A stretch of DNA of 63,733 nt, counting the filler, from Octopus bimaculoides (Eukaryota): assembly GCF_001194135.2 (NCBI RefSeq). It is 9 parts of 7 records of this genome, joined end to end, with 100 filler letters (N's around TTAATTAATTAA, not from the genome) between each part and the next. Parts side by side here need not be neighbours in the genome. Positions count along the whole stretch, not along the records: positions 48,320 to 54,519 come from NC_068981.1; positions 54,620 to 60,204 come from NC_068987.1; positions 60,305 to 62,444 come from NC_068984.1; positions 62,545 to 63,733 come from NW_026353914.1; 5 more parts are not named here. One strand, given 5' to 3'. Of this stretch, positions 49,840 through 62,549 are shown piece by piece. A program made the translations under genes and the position numbers. Under the pieces are notes generated by a model that worked only from the letters and a program-made list of their open reading frames with translations, did not search any database and was not told the origin of the DNA. Position 1 is the first letter of the stretch, and each line of letters starts with the position of its first letter.

Positions 49840-50875
49840 TTCTCTTCCTCTTTATCACAGGTTTTGTTGGAGCTTCTGGAGCCTTGCATGCATATCAACT
49901 ATATAGCATATATGGTGCCCCTTGTCCACCACCACCTGGTCTAGTCTGGTCTGTTATGCTCTAGCACCTGATCTGTTTGGATTGGGAAATTCCAGAAGAT
50001 TTTGCTAGTCTCCGACTCCACCACTCTTTGCAGTTTGTGCAAATACCATATCTTGCCTCTCTCTAGCCCCCACTTCTCACAATTTCCAATGTAGCACTTT
50101 CACTACTTGATTGTGTCACCACAACTTGTAGTGGTTTTAGGCAAGTTTAGGGCATTCGTTTGTGATACAGGCAATGGTTTCATCCACTCTGTTGCAGATG
50201 CCGCATAGCAGATACACTTGCTCATTCCTAAGATTGAACTTCCAGTTTGTGGCCAAAGCTTGGTCCTGCACTGCCAGTATAGTGCTCTCAGTCTCTTTTT
50301 TTAGGGTTCCTTTCATCAGCCAATCCTATCTATTTTTTCCAGCATCTTCTATTGTGGCTACATGGAATTGAGTGTGTAGTCCCTTGTTGTGTAATTCTTC
50401 TCCATGTCCTTTTTGCACTTCTTTTGTTTTTTCCTTTTTCTCTGCTCTCAACATTCCCTCATTCCTAACTGTAACTATCAAAGTTTCCTTACATTGGGCT
50501 TGGTATCTCATTAAGCTCTCGAGTTCAATATCCATGCGGTCTTCCACACTTATCAGTCCTCTTCCTCCACTTGCTCTGTTCATGTTTAGGTGACCAGTAT
50601 CTGCATGTGGATGATGGGCTCAATACAGCTTTAGGAGCTTTCTTGACTTCCTGTCCATCTCTTTTAGCTCCTCCTCAGTCCACTTCAGGATTCCAGTGCC
50701 ATACTAAACTGCTGCAATTGCACATGAGTTTATTGCTGAAATTATGTTTCTGGCAGTCAGCTTTGAAGCCAGTATTTTTCTTACTCACTGCAGATACTCC
50801 CCTTTTGCCTTTTCCTCCATGTCATTTTATTTGATTCCGTCTGCCTCAAGTATTTCCAGATATTTATAGCTGGAT
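49840..50875 (-). mobile_element. Second R4/Dong-clade copy (RT thumb to RLE start), different subfamily
   Basis: YKYLEILEADGI..YLQ.VRKIL.SKL.ARN.I.AINS.A..YGTGILKWT.EEL..MDRKSRKLL..HP..GGRGLISVED; WLMKGTLKKETESTILAVQDQALATN..C..C..ETI..I..C. Overlaps the 48899 copy in homologous coordinates, so it is a separate insertion. Confidence 0.88.
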
Positions 50876-51329
50876 TGAAAAGGAAAATAAAAGGAATGTT
50901 AATGGTGAACGGTGATACTAGCAGTAATGATGATGCTAGCTTTTTTGTTGGTTAGGCTATTTCTTTGTTGTTTGTAGTCATTGTAGTGACAGTGATAACA
51001 TTGCTGAATGGCAGTCACTTGCATTAAGGTGTTTGTATTAAATTGTATGCTATCATTTTAAAATTTCAGTCTACAAAAATATATAGTGCTTGTCCTCAGC
51101 TCTCTTATACTTTTTACTCTTTTGTAACACACCAGACTCAGAGGTCTGCAAAAAGAATAATGAATGAATAGATAAGTAAATAAATAAATAAATATTGATG
51201 CTAACCCTTTCATACATCTAGAGTAAATCATCCGTCACAGGTTCATCATTATCATGATCATCAACACCACTGCCACCACCACCACCACCACCACCACCAT
51301 CACCATCACCACCACAACAGGAAAGACTA

Positions 51330-51590
51330 AACCGTTGGACATTGAAGAGTACCAGTTCCAGGTTGTATGGGGAAATGGTGTACCACTTCACTTGTCCTAT
51401 TTGCCTATTGCCTGATTTCTTGGCATGCATTGTCATGGTAAATGTGGCTCATTTTCAGCTTCTTGTCTACCCTCCTTCTCCCAATGGCATCTCTAAGCTT
51501 TTCAACTGTCTCAATGTACTGCTTGCTGTCCTGCCAGGAAATCTGTGTTCTCAAATTATCAAGAAGTATGCTGACCACTGGTTGAAATTG
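51330..51590 (-). mobile_element. Highly degenerate mariner transposase fragment
   Basis: ILLDNL..SKQYIETVEKLRDAIGRRR..IYHDNA resembles mariner 'Y..TL.KLR.AI..KR..LHDNA'. Confidence 0.55.
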
Positions 51591-52437
51591 ATATTATTTA
51601 ATAATATTAATTTCTACTTTTATTGTGTGTGTGTGAATGAAAGCATATGTGTGTGTGTGTATATGTGTATACATAAAATAGCTATCAAGACTAGTGTAAA
51701 TAGAAACAGACGATAGTTTGATCAAAAGTAAAAAAAATAAATAAATAAATACAATAAAAAAATATAAGATATAAGACAATGGAATCAGTTTGGGTTTTGT
51801 TGTGATTCAATGTTCCCCTTTCTTTTCTTTATATAGTTTTCAATAAAAGTCTGCTCAAAAACTTCAGTGCCTTAATGCAGATAGGTCTCCTACCATGATT
51901 AGCTGCTGAATAGGTGGAGGAAGTCACTGCTTTCCTCATATGATATATCTTTAGACTTCAAATTCAGAGTTGTGCGCCAGCAAAATGCTTATCTCTTGCA
52001 AACTGGCCATAAAAGACTGTTTAAAGAATGTATTTCTTTTGCATCTGAGCCACATGAATGCACTAGGAAAGCAGATATCTCATTAGTAATGCTTGTATAC
52101 CACAGATTCTAATAGAGCAAGATAGGACATGTCCTAGCATAAATCTTCGTCTTGAAACTGCTCAACTAGAACATCACTATTAAAACTCATACATATCTCT
52201 TTCAGCCAAGATTTGTGACAGTTTAATAGCACTTCTAGCCAATAGCTTCTCTATGAGTGTTTTGATTTTAATTTTCATTCAAACCCTAACATTCTTCTGA
52301 AGGGAAGATGCAAATGGAGTGCAATAAATTGAGCTGCAGTTTTTCTTAAATATAATGGCAAAGTGTGCATGAGGAATGAATTAATTTATATGTATGTATG
52401 TTAAAACTAACGTAGGCAAGAAAAGAAATTCCTCCCT

Positions 52438-53000
52438 CTTCTAGATAAGCATTTCCCAGTAAACCACAAATACAGGAAGAATTTTAACAGATGCTTGATA
52501 AAAATATCATACAACTGCTGCCCCAATATGAATAACATTATCACTTACAAGCATCACTAAGAGCCCACTCTCAGTTGTACTGCCAAGTCCCTGAAGCTTG
52601 CTCACTTGACCAAGCATGTATGATAAACTCTGTCATATATGAGGCAGAAGTCACATCAATGCTTCAAGATAACCTAACTATACAGAAAAATTACATTGGG
52701 TTATACGAAAGCAATTTTAAAAGATCCATCTATCTTCTTCCCAGCACAACAACAAAATTAAAGCCACTAAGATGGCTTGCCATGTATGGGGTTTGAAGAC
52801 CACATATAATCAAATATATAATCAGAGAAATCCATGTTATTTTTAATAGATCTAAGAAATGTAAATAATGCATTGCTGAAAGATCACATATACTTTTCAG
52901 ATCTAAGAATCCTACTATGTTTTTGAATTCCAGATCTGAAATTTTCAGCAAATGCAAACATAAGGACAAATTTCTTTTAGCAAACTGGAGGATTGAGCAG
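52438..53000 (+). mobile_element. Penelope-like element fragment (linker plus GIY-YIG)
   Basis: LLDKHFPVNHKYRK..KISYNCCPNMNNII; CQVPEACSLDQACMINSVIYEAEVTS..KNYIGLYESNFKR; LNSRSEIFSKCKHKDKFLL. Confidence 0.85.
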
Positions 53001-53690
53001 ATTCTCTCACAGACTTTGGTCCTCTCTCCTTTAAGTTTTTTTGTGACAATTAGCTTAATTATGGCTTTACGATTAAAGGGGACATAACTCTAATTTTTCT
53101 TTCCTCTTTCTTGCACCAGCATCCTTTTCTGTAATTTGAATAGACCATGTTTTCAGAGACTGGAAATTGCTTGGAGACACAAGGTGGGTTATAAAAACCT
53201 GCCTCAACCTAAGTCTCTAAAACAAGATACAATTAGTCGTTTGCAAATTATACTGTATACATTAAATGATATTTATCTCTCACTTGATGGAGTACTTTTT
53301 ATGTTGATCTTACCTTCATGAAACAGTAAACTACACACACATACATACACATACACACACACACACATACACACACATGCATACATCAGTGCATGTGTAT
53401 ACACTTGTGCTGCCTTTGGGACATGAACTCGCATATTCTGCACAAAAGGCAGATGTTCTACCATTGGACGAAAGAAATCCTTTGAATTTCTCTATCCATT
53501 TTAGTAGAAACTTCATTCATACAAGCAAGAATTTATGTTATTGGTGCCATAAGAATATATATGCACACATGTGTGCACACACACGCACACACACACACAC
53601 ACACACATGTCTCTTTGTTTGTTTGTCCCTCTTTCTGAATGTCTGTCTTTCTATCTGTTTGCCTATCTGTCTGTCTATTTCTCTCTCTCT

Positions 53691-53732
<42 letters not shown>

Positions 53733-53879
53733 GAGTAAGCACATAAATGCAAAACAAGGTTGATAAAAATGATATTTGAATAACAAAGATAGAGTAATAC
53801 GCTACATAACAACTGTTCAATGTACAGAAACAAGTAACAGTTTTTTTTTGTGATGTTTTTGCAACTTTAATAAAATATA

Positions 53880-53938
53880 TTCTTTTATTCTTTTATATGT
53901 TTCAGTCCAATGACTGTGGTCATGCTGGAGCACCGCCA
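53880..53938 (-). mobile_element. SINE 3' tail fragment (23927 family)
   Basis: Reverse complement GGCGGTGCTCCAGCATGACCACAGTCATTGGACTGAAACATATAAAAGAATAAAAG. Confidence 0.75.
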
Positions 53939-53959
53939 TTGTGATCATCTTTCCACTCT

Positions 53960-54420
53960 CCACCTTTGTCGGAGCGGCTTTTGATGAAGGATGGAGTTCG
54001 ATGTTACTGTCCTCTTTTGAGTTTCTTGCCTAGATATTGGCTAATCCGGGATCTCGGCGAGCCAGAGGTCAAGTTCACCTTTGTTAACGTCTGCATCCAC
54101 TCCATGGAGGCTCCTCAAATGCTTCGGCAGACAGTTAAACACCTGTGAGCCATTGAAACCCAAGCTGTTGCAGTACATCGTCCTTGCCCGAGATGAAGCA
54201 GTCGGCACAGTGGGGACAGCACAGTGACGTCCTGTTCATGGTCTGGTCCTTCTAGTATCTTCCATATATATATATCGCCGTATACCTCTCCCGCCTTCAT
54301 TCCAGGGAATAGAGTTGTAGTTCTTTCAATCTGTCCCTGTAGCTCAGTTGTTTCATTGATGCAATTTTCTTTGTGTAAGGTCGTTGGACTGCTTCAAGCT
54401 CTGCTATCATCCTTGTAGTA
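53960..54420 (-). mobile_element. CR1/L2-group LINE 3' fragment
   Basis: ER..IYIWKILEG.. and FN.LPKHLR.LHGVDADV..GELDLWLAEIPD-like translations in broken frames. Confidence 0.65.
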
Positions 54421-54619
54421 TAAGTTAACCATAACTGAGAGCAGTGGTCCATATTTATATGTATGCATGTACTTATGTATGTATAAATGTATGTATGTAT
54501 TATGTTTGTATGTATGTATNNNNNNNNNNNNNNNNNNNNNNNNNNNNNNNNNNNNNNNNNNNNTTAATTAATTAANNNNNNNNNNNNNNNNNNNNNNNNN
54601 NNNNNNNNNNNNNNNNNNN

Positions 54620-54650
<31 letters not shown>

Positions 54651-54879
54651 GAAGGAGATATATTTAAGAATTTACAAAAAATTGGAGAGGAACTGTCCTG
54701 TCTTTTTACCATGTCTTCTCTCTTTGTGTAGCTAGGGAATGTTTGCTATTTTAAGAGACAGTGTGGGAGGCTGGTTGGGGTGGGTGAAGGAAGAGCAATG
54801 TAGAATTAAGAGGATTTTTTTGGTTTCTGGGCTAGTCTGTCATGGTTCAGTTGCTTTAGGACTGGTCTTAGAGGTCAGA

Positions 54880-55680
54880 ATGTGTGTCAGAATGTATGTC
54901 TTTGTGCACATCTCTATGTGTGTGTATGTGTGTGTGTGTGTGTGTATACGTGTGTTTGTGTGCATGGGCCGCTTTTTGCTGGTCCCAGAGTTTATTGTGA
55001 TATGTGTATATGGGTGTGTGTGTTTAATATTTGGTAGGATGGTGTGTGTATATGTATGCACGTTTGTGTGTGTGTACGTGTGTGATTAATATTTGTTAGG
55101 TCGTTGTGTGTGCGCATGTGTGTATATGTTTGTTCGCGTGTATGTATGTGTGCGTCTGTGGGTGCGTGTGTATGTACCATTTGTGTTTTGTGTTGGTGGG
55201 GATGTTATGTGTGTGTACGTGAGTGTGTGTGTACATGAGAGTGTGTGTGTGTATGTTTGTGTGCTTTGTGTTGGTGGGGACGTTATGTGCGTGTACATGA
55301 GAGTGTGCGTGTTTCTGAGTATGTTTGTGTTGTTTGAATTGTCCTTGTGGTGTGTGTGTGTGTTAGAGCAACTGTATGTGTGTATGTGATGAGTGTGTAT
55401 GTGTGTGTTGTATTTATCCGTGTGTCCGTGTTTGTTGGGTTTATCCGGGTGGTGTGTATATGTGTGCATGTGCGTTTTGTATATATTGGTACTGAGTATG
55501 CGTTTGTGTGTGTTTGTGCATATATGTGGGTATGGTTTGTGTAGTTTCCGGGTGTGTGTGTGTGCGTTGTATTTGTGAGTGATAAGTTTTGTTTGAATTG
55601 TTAGTGCAGTGTGTGTATACGTGTGTGGGTGTAGTTGTGTGAGTGCGTTTATGTGACTTGTATTTGTCGGGGAGGTGTGT
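54880..55680. repeat. Complex degenerate GT-rich satellite-like tract
   Basis: Cryptic (GT)n with a repeated TTTGTGTTGGTGGGGA(T/C)GTTATGTG motif at ~55185 and ~55266. Confidence 0.7.
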
Positions 55681-56119
55681 CATGATATTTCTTCCTTGCC
55701 TCGACTGCCGGCCGCGAAGCATCTCTTATATTCCTGGCGTTTACATTCATCTTCTAGGTTCCTGCCTCAAGGCTTTCATTCTACACACGCCAGCTCAAAC
55801 TGATTGGTCTTTATTAGTCGAAATACATCTATTGTTATTTTCTTGTTGCTTGTATTTGCAATTGTGTAACATTCACTAGTTATCTCTCCTAAAAGTCAGT
55901 GCTCTTAGCTTAGATTTGGGGTGTGGGAAGCCAGATTTGAACAGTTTCACATGTAACTGCCCGAAAATGTAAATATAATTTGGTAACTTGACTGATGAGA
56001 GGAGGCTGCGAATGGCCCGTCATTGTTTTTCCAGTCCGACTTCGCATCGTCTGTCTGTCCGGATGTTTTATTGTCGTCTGCTGCGTTCTTTTTCCATTTT
56101 GAGGATTTATATATATACT

Positions 56120-56328
56120 CTTTTACCGTTTTATTTGTTTCAGTTATTTGACTGCGGCCATGCTGGAGCACTGCCTTTAGTCGGGGACGTAAACACACCA
56201 GCATCGGTTGTCAAGAGATGTTGGGGGGACAAACACACACAAACAAACAAACACACACACACACGCACGCACACACACACACACACACACACACGCACAT
56301 ATATATATATATATATACATATATATAT
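56120..56328 (-). mobile_element. SINE 3' half (23927 family) ending at a (TA)n-flanked gap
   Basis: TTTGTTTCAGTTATTTGACTGCGGCCATGCTGGAGCACTGCC..ACACCAGCATCGGTTGTCAAG.GATGTTGGGGGGACAAAC on the + strand. Confidence 0.8.
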
Positions 56329-56600
56329 NNNNNNNNNNNNNNNNNNNNNNNNNNNNNNNNNNNNNNNNNNNNNNNNNNNNNNNNNNNNNNNNNNNNNNNN
56401 NNNNNNNNNNNNNNNNNNNNNNNNNNNNNNNNNNNNNNNNNNNNNNNNNNNNNNNNNNNNNNNNNNNNNNNNNNNNNNNNNNNNNNNNNNNNNNNNNNNN
56501 NNNNNNNNNNNNNNNNNNNNNNNNNNNNNNNNNNNNNNNNNNNNNNNNNNNNNNNNNNNNNNNNNNNNNNNNNNNNNNNNNNNNNNNNNNNNNNNNNNNT

Positions 56601-57140
56601 TGGACATAATAATGGAAACATCTTAAAATTTTAAACAAATTTATTTTAATAAGGGGTAGGACCGCCTTTGGCAGTAATCACAACTTGAATTGTACGAGCT
56701 ATGGACTCGTACAAAGTTTGAATTTTTTCCAAAAGAATCTTTGTCCATTTTTCAGCTAAAACAATCTCCATTTCTTCTGGTGGTGTTAGTGGAGGATATG
56801 GACTCCCTAATTGTTTTACTAAAATGCACCATAAATGTTCAATAATTTTCAGATCTGAGGACTGTGGTGGCCAGATAAGTTGTTCAACTTCACTAGAATG
56901 TTCTTCGTGCCATTCAGTAACAACTTTAGCTGTGTGAATTGGTGCATTATCTTCCCGAAAGACTGCGTTTCCCTCCGGATACCGTCCGTAATCATAGGAT
57001 GAATTTGATCAGATAATATTCTTAAATAGTCTTGACTATTCATTCTGCCATGAAGGGAAACCATTGGGCCGGTGGATTTCCCAGATATAGCCTCCCAGAT
57101 AATCAGAGATCCTCCTCCATGTTTAACAGTTGGAAGTAGG
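56601..57140 (-). mobile_element. Second copy (3' half) of the DD36E Tc1-like family
   Basis: Reverse complement aligns with ~6440-7000, including the TIR remnant (TGGAC.TAATAATGGAAACATC). Translates FREDNAPIHTAKVVTEWHEEHSSEVEQLIWPPQSSDLKIIEHLW. Confidence 0.9.
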
Positions 57141-58184
57141 TAGTCTTTGCTCTACTCTCTACGTTCTGTCAGTTCTTTGTAATTGGTGTCGCTAATGACT
57201 GACCTCATGATTGAAGGGATTTGAACGTTTGACCTCGATCTAAAAATAAAAGACCTTTCAAGGAAGATTCTTTGCCAGATAGATCGGTTCTGGCATTCAA
57301 AACCAAAGTTTTGCCAACAGAGCAAAATTATTTATTTTCACTTTGATATTTAATGTCCATTGTTCGATTGCAAGACGTTTTTTTTTTTTTGATTATATGT
57401 TGAAATTTCTCCATTTTGACCGTAATCTTTCGTTGCTTCGTCGCTTTATTAAGATTATTTTTCGCTTTATTCAAATCGAGTTTTAATTCACACACACATA
57501 CACACACACCCAAACACACACATACACACACATACAGACATATTCACACACATGTGCCTATTTGTATAAAATCCATACTTTCCAGCAGGTAACAAGATCG
57601 CGAGACTGACTAAGTTTGGAGGTATTTGGCATATCTTCAGTTGCCATCACCTGCCCAATAGAGCGATAGCCAAGATCCGCCACCACTAACAATATATTGT
57701 AAACAACGTGACCATCGGTTACTAATTTTTAACAAGTAAAGTAGCTAGTTGTAAAATCTCAAGAGGAGATAGAGTAGTAATGTATAATAAAATGTAAGGG
57801 TCAGTCCCCACATCAAAGTCGTTGTTGAATGTTAGTACTAGTTTAGCCCCAGGCAGATTCTGTGGCAACTGGCTTTTTTTTCACGCTATCTACCGTTTAT
57901 TCGAGTCTGTTCACGATTTTTCACGGTTCGCATATCCAAACACAACATTCACAGAATGAAGCTTTCCATGATTATCTGTGACATACCCAATCAATTGACT
58001 TATTTTGGGCAGTAGCACAATCTCAAACGCAGTTATGACGCAGTGATTGAAGAGACTGTCATGCATATTCGCGTCCAACCCATCAGCACATTGTGTTAGA
58101 ATCTCTCCAAATTATTTAACCTCATGTCTTAAAACAATAAATTCCAGATTGCTCGAGATTGTGGCATGAATACGGGTTTCATAT

Positions 58185-58355
58185 TTTGGCACAAAGTATG
58201 TCGAATACACTATTCAACTAGTACTTATTTTATCAACATCAAAAGCATGAAATACAAAATCTGCCTCGGCAGCATTTGAACTAAGAACATAAAGACGACG
58301 AATTGCTGCTTAGCAAATTGGTTGGCATGCTAAGGTTTCTGCCATCTCGCCGTTT
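58185..58355 (-). mobile_element. Degenerate SINE (27225 family)
   Basis: Reverse complement: CGGCGAGATGGCAGAAACCTTAGCATGCCAACC..CTTAGTTCAAATGCTGCCGAGGCAGATTTTG.. Confidence 0.6.
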
Positions 58356-59714
58356 TAAAAACTAATTAACATACGATTTGCATATGTTATCATGCTCCTC
58401 GTAGAAACCATGAATCAGTAACAGACCCCATGCTGACAAAGCCATACACTCAAAATAGGCAGTTGGTCTCAAATGGAATTGCGTGAAGGTACATACAATA
58501 CGAAGTAACACAAATCCAAAATAGTGATGGGAAGTGATTAAACTGACTAAATGCAAGCCTCAGCTTAGACCAGAGAGTAAATATGTGGAGACATATATGC
58601 TAAAGGAAAAGCAGAATGCAGTTTCTTCGTGTGTATGTTGATGTAGACATATCCATCCATTTTTCTTTAACTGAGTATCACATAAATTGGAGATGTTAGA
58701 GTTTACATGAACAATTTTAGTGCAGTATATAGTCTACCAATGTCTAAATAGCAATTCTTCTCCAACAAATTAGTATTCTTCGTGTATAACGCTTCACATA
58801 TGAAATAAATCATTCTGTATCTCGTATGATGCTATGCCCATATAGATTTAGGATTGAATTTTATAGCTGAAACTTCGTATTTCCCTATAGGTTGAAGTAT
58901 TCTAACATATTGTGTTCAATACCCTAGATATACAAGTAAATTCTGCATACCTTATATTTTAAATCTATATTTTAGTTAGTTGGTTCTTAATTGTATACAC
59001 CTATCATCGAAATTTATTCCTATTTGATTCAGTAAGACCTGTGAATGTAATATACTCTGATATAGTTTAAGATCTAGTATTAATGATTCAAAATTTAAGC
59101 CTTCGTGTCATTTTAGGTTCAAACTAATGGCGGATTATATAGCCTCACTTATTCTTTGCACTCAAAGATTATCGTCCCCTACTGATATGTGATACTGTGT
59201 AAACTATCATACTTCAATTCGCTTCAACCTATAATAGTAGCAACACCTTGAAGAAAGCTACATAGGTGAACAAAGTGGATGCAAATGTAAACCACATTGA
59301 GAAATATCCATGCTGCAGAAACATATGTCAGACTAAGATTTAATTGTAATAATAAAAACAGTGCAATATAAAATTCTCCGAAATTCGACATGGGTCATTT
59401 ACACATATGGTCAACTTAAGTCATTACCATTTGGACATTATTACTATCATGCATAGTAGGTTAATTGTATAAAAAAATTAATGAAATATCAGAAGTAATC
59501 ATATTATGATGGAGATGGTAAGAAAGCTTTAGTTAGCTAGGATCTAAATTAAAGGAATTTGAAAACTTAAACCCTTAAATACAGTACGGATTAAAATTTG
59601 AACTAAAATTAGACTTTATAATATTAACATTAAAACACACTAAAAACGAAAAGAATTAAAAGTATTTTGAGAATACTAAAACAACAACAACAATAATAGT
59701 AAGAATAATAATCT

Positions 59715-59912
59715 ATTAAAAGCCTGAAGTGTTGGGGGAGGAGACGAGTCGATTACATCGAACCCAGTGTTTCACTGGTACTTAGTTCATTGACCCCAAA
59801 AGGATACAAGGCAAAGTCGACTCTAGCGGAATTTGAACTCAGAACGTAAAGAGAGACAAAATGCCGCTAAGCATTTTGCCTGGCGTACGAAAGATCCTAC
59901 CTGCTTGCCGCT
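59715..59912 (-). mobile_element. SINE (27225 family)
   Basis: Reverse complement: ..AAATGCTTAGCGGCATTTTGTC..ACGTTCTGAGTTCAAATTCCGCTAGAGTCGACTTTGCC..GGGTCAATGAACTAAGTACCAGTGAAACACTGGGTTCGATGTAATCGAC. Confidence 0.75.
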
Positions 59913-59993
<81 letters not shown>

Positions 59994-60594
59994 GTCAAAA
60001 CGAACAGTGCGATTTTAGATGTTTTATTTTTTGAACGACATTTCGACAGAACGTCTGTCTTTCTCAAGTTCAAACCAAAAGGTGACTGAAAATTCAAAAT
60101 TTCAGAAACCAAACGTAAACTATGAACGTGAGTAACCAGCGTCCATACGGTGATAGAATGACATCATCAGCTTTTGTCAGTTTTTTAATAAGTAGAAAGA
60201 AAGANNNNNNNNNNNNNNNNNNNNNNNNNNNNNNNNNNNNNNNNNNNNTTAATTAATTAANNNNNNNNNNNNNNNNNNNNNNNNNNNNNNNNNNNNNNNN
60301 NNNNATATATATATATATATATATAAGTATATATGTACATACATACTTATATACGTACACGCACACACACGCGTGCACACAAACACATCTATGTATATAT
60401 AACATGAATCCATTAACTCCGCAGACAGTATATTTAGATATTTATTCTTATTACCAACGACACACACGCACACACATTTAAACACTTATATACATACATC
60501 TATATACTCACATACACGCACGCTCATGTGAGCTCTACGTCATATATCTTTTCCTTAGCTTATATATACATACATATATATATATATACATACA

Positions 60595-60632
<38 letters not shown>

Positions 60633-62383
60633 NNNNNNNNNNNNNNNNNNNNNNNNNNNNNNNNNNNNNNNNNNNNNNNNNNNNNNNNNNNNNNNNNNNN
60701 NNNNNNNNNNNNNNNNNNNNNNNNNNNNNNNNNNNNNNNNNNNNNNNNNNNNNNNNNNNNNNNNNNNNNNNNNNNNNNNNNNNNNNNNNNNNNNNNNNNN
60801 NNNNNNNNNNNNNNNNNNNNNNNNNNNNNNNNNNNNNNNNNNNNNNNNNNNNNNNNNNNNNNNNNNNNNNNNNNNNNNNNNNNNNNNNNNNNNNNNNNNN
60901 NNNNNNNNNNNNNNNNNNNNNNNNNNNNNNNNNNNNNNNNNNNNNNNNNNNNNNNNNNNNNNNNNNNNNNNNNNNNNNNNNNNNNNNNNNNNNNNNNNNN
61001 NNNNNNNNNNNNNNNNNNNNNNNNNNNNNNNNNNNNNNNNNNNNNNNNNNNNNNNNNNNNNNNNNNNNNNNNNNNNNNNNNNNNNNNNNNNNNNNNNNNN
61101 NNNNNNNNNNNNNNNNNNNNNNNNNNNNNNNNNNNNNNNNNNNNNNNNNNNNNNNNNNNNNNNNNNNNNNNNNNNNNNNNNNNNNNNNNNNNNNNNNNNN
61201 NNNNNNNNNNNNNNNNNNNNNNNNNNNNNNNNNNNNNNNNNNNNNNNNNNNNNNNNNNNNNNNNNNNNNNNNNNNNNNNNNNNNNNNNNNNNNNNNNNNN
61301 NNNNNNNNNNNNNNNNNNNNNNNNNNNNNNNNNNNNNNNNNNNNNNNNNNNNNNNNNNNNNNNNNNNNNNNNNNNNNNNNNNNNNNNNNNNNNNNNNNNN
61401 NNNNNNNNNNNNNNNNNNNNNNNNNNNNNNNNNNNNNNNNNNNNNNNNNNNNNNNNNNNNNNNNNNNNNNNNNNNNNNNNNNNNNNNNNNNNNNNNNNNN
61501 NNNNNNNNNNNNNNNNNNNNNNNNNNNNNNNNNNNNNNNNNNNNNNNNNNNNNNNNNNNNNNNNNNNNNNNNNNNNNNNTAAACACTTATATACATACAT
61601 CTATATACTCACATACACGCACGCTCATGTGAGCTCTACGTCATATATCTTTTCCTTAGCTTATATATACATACATATATATATACACATATATATATAC
61701 ATATATATATATGCGTGTGTATATAAATATATATTGATCTCATATAAATAGATAGACACACAGGATTTTGCTTAAAGAGATAACATTGAAGGCAGATTCT
61801 CAAATAGACTCAACCAAGCACATATATTCTCACACGCATGGCTATATCTCTAAATATAGATGTGCGCCCTCTACGCACTGATAAATCACATAAAAATAAT
61901 CTAAACGTTAACGCACGTATACACGCACACATATTATTTACACCCACGGAATCATGTCAATGCAATCATTCCAACCAATTTAGATATACATTCATACTTA
62001 TTCTTGTTTTCCCGCGTACAGACACAAACACACGCACACATACACACGCGTGCGCGCGCGCTCACACACACACATGCACACATACACGCACGTGCGCGAG
62101 CGTGCGCTCAAGCATTTATATAGAATCAAACTCACGATAGAGTATGAACCATTGCTTTTACTCATTCGCAGATGTAGACATATCTGCACACATATGCATA
62201 CTTGGACAAAACCACGAGATTGCCATTTTGTTGTTGCCAGACATGATACAAAATGGCAGCCAATTTTGCTTCAAGCCTCGCACTGCCACCTTGAAAACGA
62301 AATCGCGTTCGAATGAAAATTGAACAAACATACATGGCTCTTTGATTATAAACCTGCACTCTCTTTTGCTCCTTATATAGTCA

Positions 62384-62444
<61 letters not shown>

Positions 62445-62549
62445 NNNNNNNNNNNNNNNNNNNNNNNNNNNNNNNNNNNNNNNNNNNNTTAATTAATTAA
62501 NNNNNNNNNNNNNNNNNNNNNNNNNNNNNNNNNNNNNNNNNNNNAAAAT

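Larger units (their letters stand above)
14653..62500. other. Eight artificial scaffold linkers TTAATTAATTAA embedded in N runs (14653, 34028, 39842, 43065, 48264, 54564, 60249, 62489)
   Basis: Identical 12-mer isolated between N runs (44 N each side where counted, 100 bp total). It encodes stops in all six frames. Confidence 0.95.

Noticed and set aside
60480-61690. Identical ~110-bp sequences at 60480-60590 and 61580-61690
   Set aside because: They flank one N gap and are identical, so most likely an unmerged contig overlap rather than a real duplication.
34257-61751. Long ORFs rich in YI/HT/CV/MYVC or X residues
   Set aside because: Translations of dinucleotide/tetranucleotide microsatellites and N gaps.
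14653-62500. Recurrent TTAATTAATTAA motif (8 copies) as a biological repeat or piggyBac/PacI site
   Set aside because: Always isolated inside ~100-bp N blocks, so it is a scaffolding linker, not genomic sequence.
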